From Isurus oxyrinchus (Eukaryota): DNA of 64,000 bases. Below are positions 61,328 through 64,000 of the stretch, in pieces (the stretch's first letter is position 1; the number at the start of each line of letters is the position of its first letter). The translations under genes were made by a program, and so were the position numbers. Where the stretch lies: contig JANJGN010000030.1 in assembly GCA_026770705.1 (NCBI GenBank), positions 22,196,001 through 22,260,000 on the forward strand, given 5' to 3'. Under the pieces are notes generated by a model. The model was not told the origin of the DNA, did no database searches, and saw only the letters and a program-made list of their open reading frames with translations.

Positions 61328-61389
61328 TTTATGTGCAAATTGTCTGCTGTGTATCTAACATCAAAGCAGCGACTACAGGGCCTGAGGTT

Positions 61390-61985
61390 GCGAGGGGATT
61401 GATTACAAAAGTAAGGAGGTTATGCTCCAGTTATACAGAGCACTAGTGAGACCACATCTGGAGTACTGTGTACAGTACTGGTCGCCTTATTTAAGGAAGG
61501 GTGTAAATGTGTTGGAAGCAGTTCAGAGAAGGTTTACCAGGCTAATGCCTGGAATACAGAGGATGTTTTATGAGGAAAGGTTGGACAGGCTAGGCTTGTA
61601 TCCGCTGGGGTTTAGAACAGTAAGAGGTGACTTGATTGACAGGGTGGATGTGGAGAGGGTGTTTCCTCTTGTGGGAGAATCTAGAACTAGGGGGTCACTG
61701 TTTAAAAATAAGGGGTCGCTCACTTAAGACAGAGATGAGGCGAAATGTTTTCTCTCAGAGGGTCGTGAGTCTTTGGAACTCTCTTCCTGAAAAGGTGGTG
61801 GAAGGAGACCTTTGAATATTTTTAAGGCAGAGGTGGATAGATTCTTGGTAAGCAAGGGGGTGATAGGTTATCGGGGGTAGGTGGGATGCAGATTTAAGGT
61901 TCCTATCAGATCGGCCATGGTCTTATTAAACAGCAGAGCAGGCTCGAGAGGCTGAATAGTCTACTCCTGCTCCTTGTTTGGATGT
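61390..61985 (+). mobile_element. CR1 LINE 3' fragment inserted in a DeuSINE tail
   Basis: MLQLYRALVRPHLEYCVQYWSPYLRK..FPLVGESRTRG. DeuSINE tail pieces flank it (61330-61390 and AGGCGCTATATAAATGCAA at 61992). Confidence 0.9.
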
Positions 61986-63204
61986 TTGTAAAGGCGCTAT
62001 ATAAATGCAAAGCTATTCCTTCTTTCAGGAAAGTTGAAATGAACTTCTGGCCGGGGGGGGGGGGGGGGGGGGGGGGGGTGGATGTGGGGTGGTGGGGGGG
62101 GGGGGGGGGGGTGGGGAAGGAGACTGCTTTTTGGGGCCCAACAATCTTCTTTCGTTCAGTTCCCTGTGTACGTTTACAGCCACACTCAATTCCTCAGCTT
62201 TGCTATGTTCCTGGGGGCCGTGGGGTGGCTGGGAGGTGTGCTGGGGGGGGGTGGTGGGGGGGGGCTTAGTTACTCCATCTCTCAACGCGGGCAGCAAGCA
62301 AAGGACCCTGGGAATGTCGGCTCCAGCTCGCCAGCTGTTGGCGGCGGCCGCTCAACCCTGTGGCAAGCTGCCACCACGGAGCAGAACAATTTGTAAAGTA
62401 GCAAACACCCACTGCTGCATCACTGGCCACACGGAAAGGGAACCAAGCTGTGTAACCATTAAACTGCTAAATTAGCTTTTAAATTGCACAGTCACACCAG
62501 ACAGAAACTCTGCAGCAGGCACTCAGCATGTCAAGCTTCCATGTTTTTCAGTCTATTGACATAGTACTGTGGACAGTGAGCCTCAGCAGATGCATATTTA
62601 ACATAACTCAGCCTAAGCGTATTATTGATGTTTCTTCATCTGTAAGTGAGGTTAAACGTTTTTTCCTCCCCTCTCCCCTCCAGTTTTACTCTTACTGACT
62701 CGTGGGGGCCTCCAGTTCCACAACTGCCTGACACGCTCTCTTGAAGCACCCCTTTCTCTGCCTGGCCAGCAATACCCAGCTGCTTGACTGCAGCAGGCAT
62801 CACATCAAAGCCTGATCCAGTCCTTACCCAAACGCCCAGCTTTTTTTTTGCCAATATTGTGGCTGCACCATAGCTGGTTGTACTTTTTTGACACTTGCAC
62901 CCCACCTCGCCCCCACACAACTGAGATCTACCGGCCCAACCCAGTAAGCTCGAGCCTTAACGGTTGCTAACTCTGGTTGGACAAGTTCACGGAGGCTTTG
63001 TCACATGACCACTCACCTTCAACAGCCCTGCCCCTATTGGTCACCCAACACAAGCTTCTTTGGGGGAAAGTAGGGTTGGGGGGGGGTGGCGTGCTTCCCA
63101 CATTAATTGGAGAGAAAACAGGCCCTTTTTTTAAATCTGATGGGGCTATTCATGACAGTCAGTCAAACAGCCTTTATTCCCATCTCAAAAACAGGCAGGT
63201 GGAG

Positions 63205-63372
63205 GGGTCCTCTTAACATCTTGGCCCAAAGACAGCACCATCCGACTGTGTAGCACTCCCTCAGTGCTGCACTGGAGTGTCAGCCTTGATTTTTGAGCTC
63301 AAGCCCTGGGACCTGAACCCAGATCCTTGTGATTCAGGGATAAGTATAACTACCAACTGAGCCACAGCTGAC
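63205..63372 (-). mobile_element. DeuSINE 5' part
   Basis: GACAGCACCATCCGACTGTGTAGCACTCCCTCAGTGCTGCACTGGAGTGTCAGCCT..CAACTGAGCCACAGCTGAC. Confidence 0.8.
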
Positions 63373-63803
63373 ATGTATCTGGTAATATTGATGGAAGGAT
63401 TGTGGTTTGCACTCCAAAATTCACAGGTTCCAATAAGGAAGAGGCAGCCCGTATCTATGTCATGCCTTAAATGACACCCCAAAGCAATGGGATGGCGTAT
63501 GGCGCATGAAGTTCCTTGTTGATTTCGGGCTCAAGTCTTGGAGTGCGACTCATCCCCACCGATCTCATAGGCGGGAGTGACAATACTCCAGGGAACCAGG
63601 ACCTTGAGCGCTGACACATTGAAAAAGTGCCCATGAGAGCTGCTATTGTGTTCACCAATGCCATTTATGACTGGAAGCTACCCTGCTTAACTAGTCTGGC
63701 CTACATGTGACACCTGCCCTCTGAGGTGAGCAAGCCATGCAGTTGTACCAAGTCCAGTTCACCCCTCACCCCAGTTCCTGCTGACATTCATTGGCTACCC
63801 CAT

Positions 63804-64000
63804 GGGGCAGAATTTTGCCCTTGATGGACAGCCGACACCCGCCCCTGAAACGGGGGCCGCCGCCATTTTGAGTGGGCGGGCCTTATGGGCCTGCCCGACA
63901 GGAAGCGCTTCCTGTGCAGGGGTGGGAGGGAACCCCCAGCTCCTTCACGCACGCGCACTGCTCCCTGAGACTAAGTGCTGTCTCAGGGAGATTAGTGACA
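63804..64000. mobile_element. Left end of another Harbinger-like element (runs off the window)
   Basis: GGGCAGAATTTTGCCC terminus resembles the TIRs at 3291 and 6288, followed by GC-rich subterminal sequence. Confidence 0.5.

Noticed and set aside
62050-62265. Long poly-G tracts and Gly/Pro-rich ORFs (also 2575-2600, 6320-6380)
   Set aside because: Simple homopolymer runs, frequent across the window and error-prone. G-quadruplex potential alone is not evidence of function.

Overview
Eukaryotic (vertebrate) genomic DNA, most likely from a shark or other elasmobranch, judged from the repeat families. The window is mostly intronic/intergenic and rich in transposons, with an 883-N assembly gap. 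The only host gene I can support is the 3' end of synaptotagmin-3 (SYT3, + strand): two short coding exons missed by the ORF track (15310-15439, 15607-15705), a 3'-UTR intron and a probable last exon from 17865. The rest includes CR1, L2 and Crack/Daphne-like LINE fragments, three SINE families (including DeuSINE/SacSINE1-like), a Gypsy LTR-PBS-gag remnant and DNA transposons (a 4.5-kb PIF/Harbinger-like element with a Myb/SANT pseudogene, and a hAT MITE). There are three tandem arrays with 51-, 25- and 69-bp units. Most notable: (i) two Penelope-like retroelement families whose pLTRs carry minimal type-I hammerhead ribozyme motifs, several with clean TSDs; (ii) the 5.2-kb 51-bp array is the expanded left arm of a foldback-like element whose right arm holds five inverted units. 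All long ORFs in the track are repeat or N artefacts or TE remnants. Family names come from recalled motifs, not from database searches.
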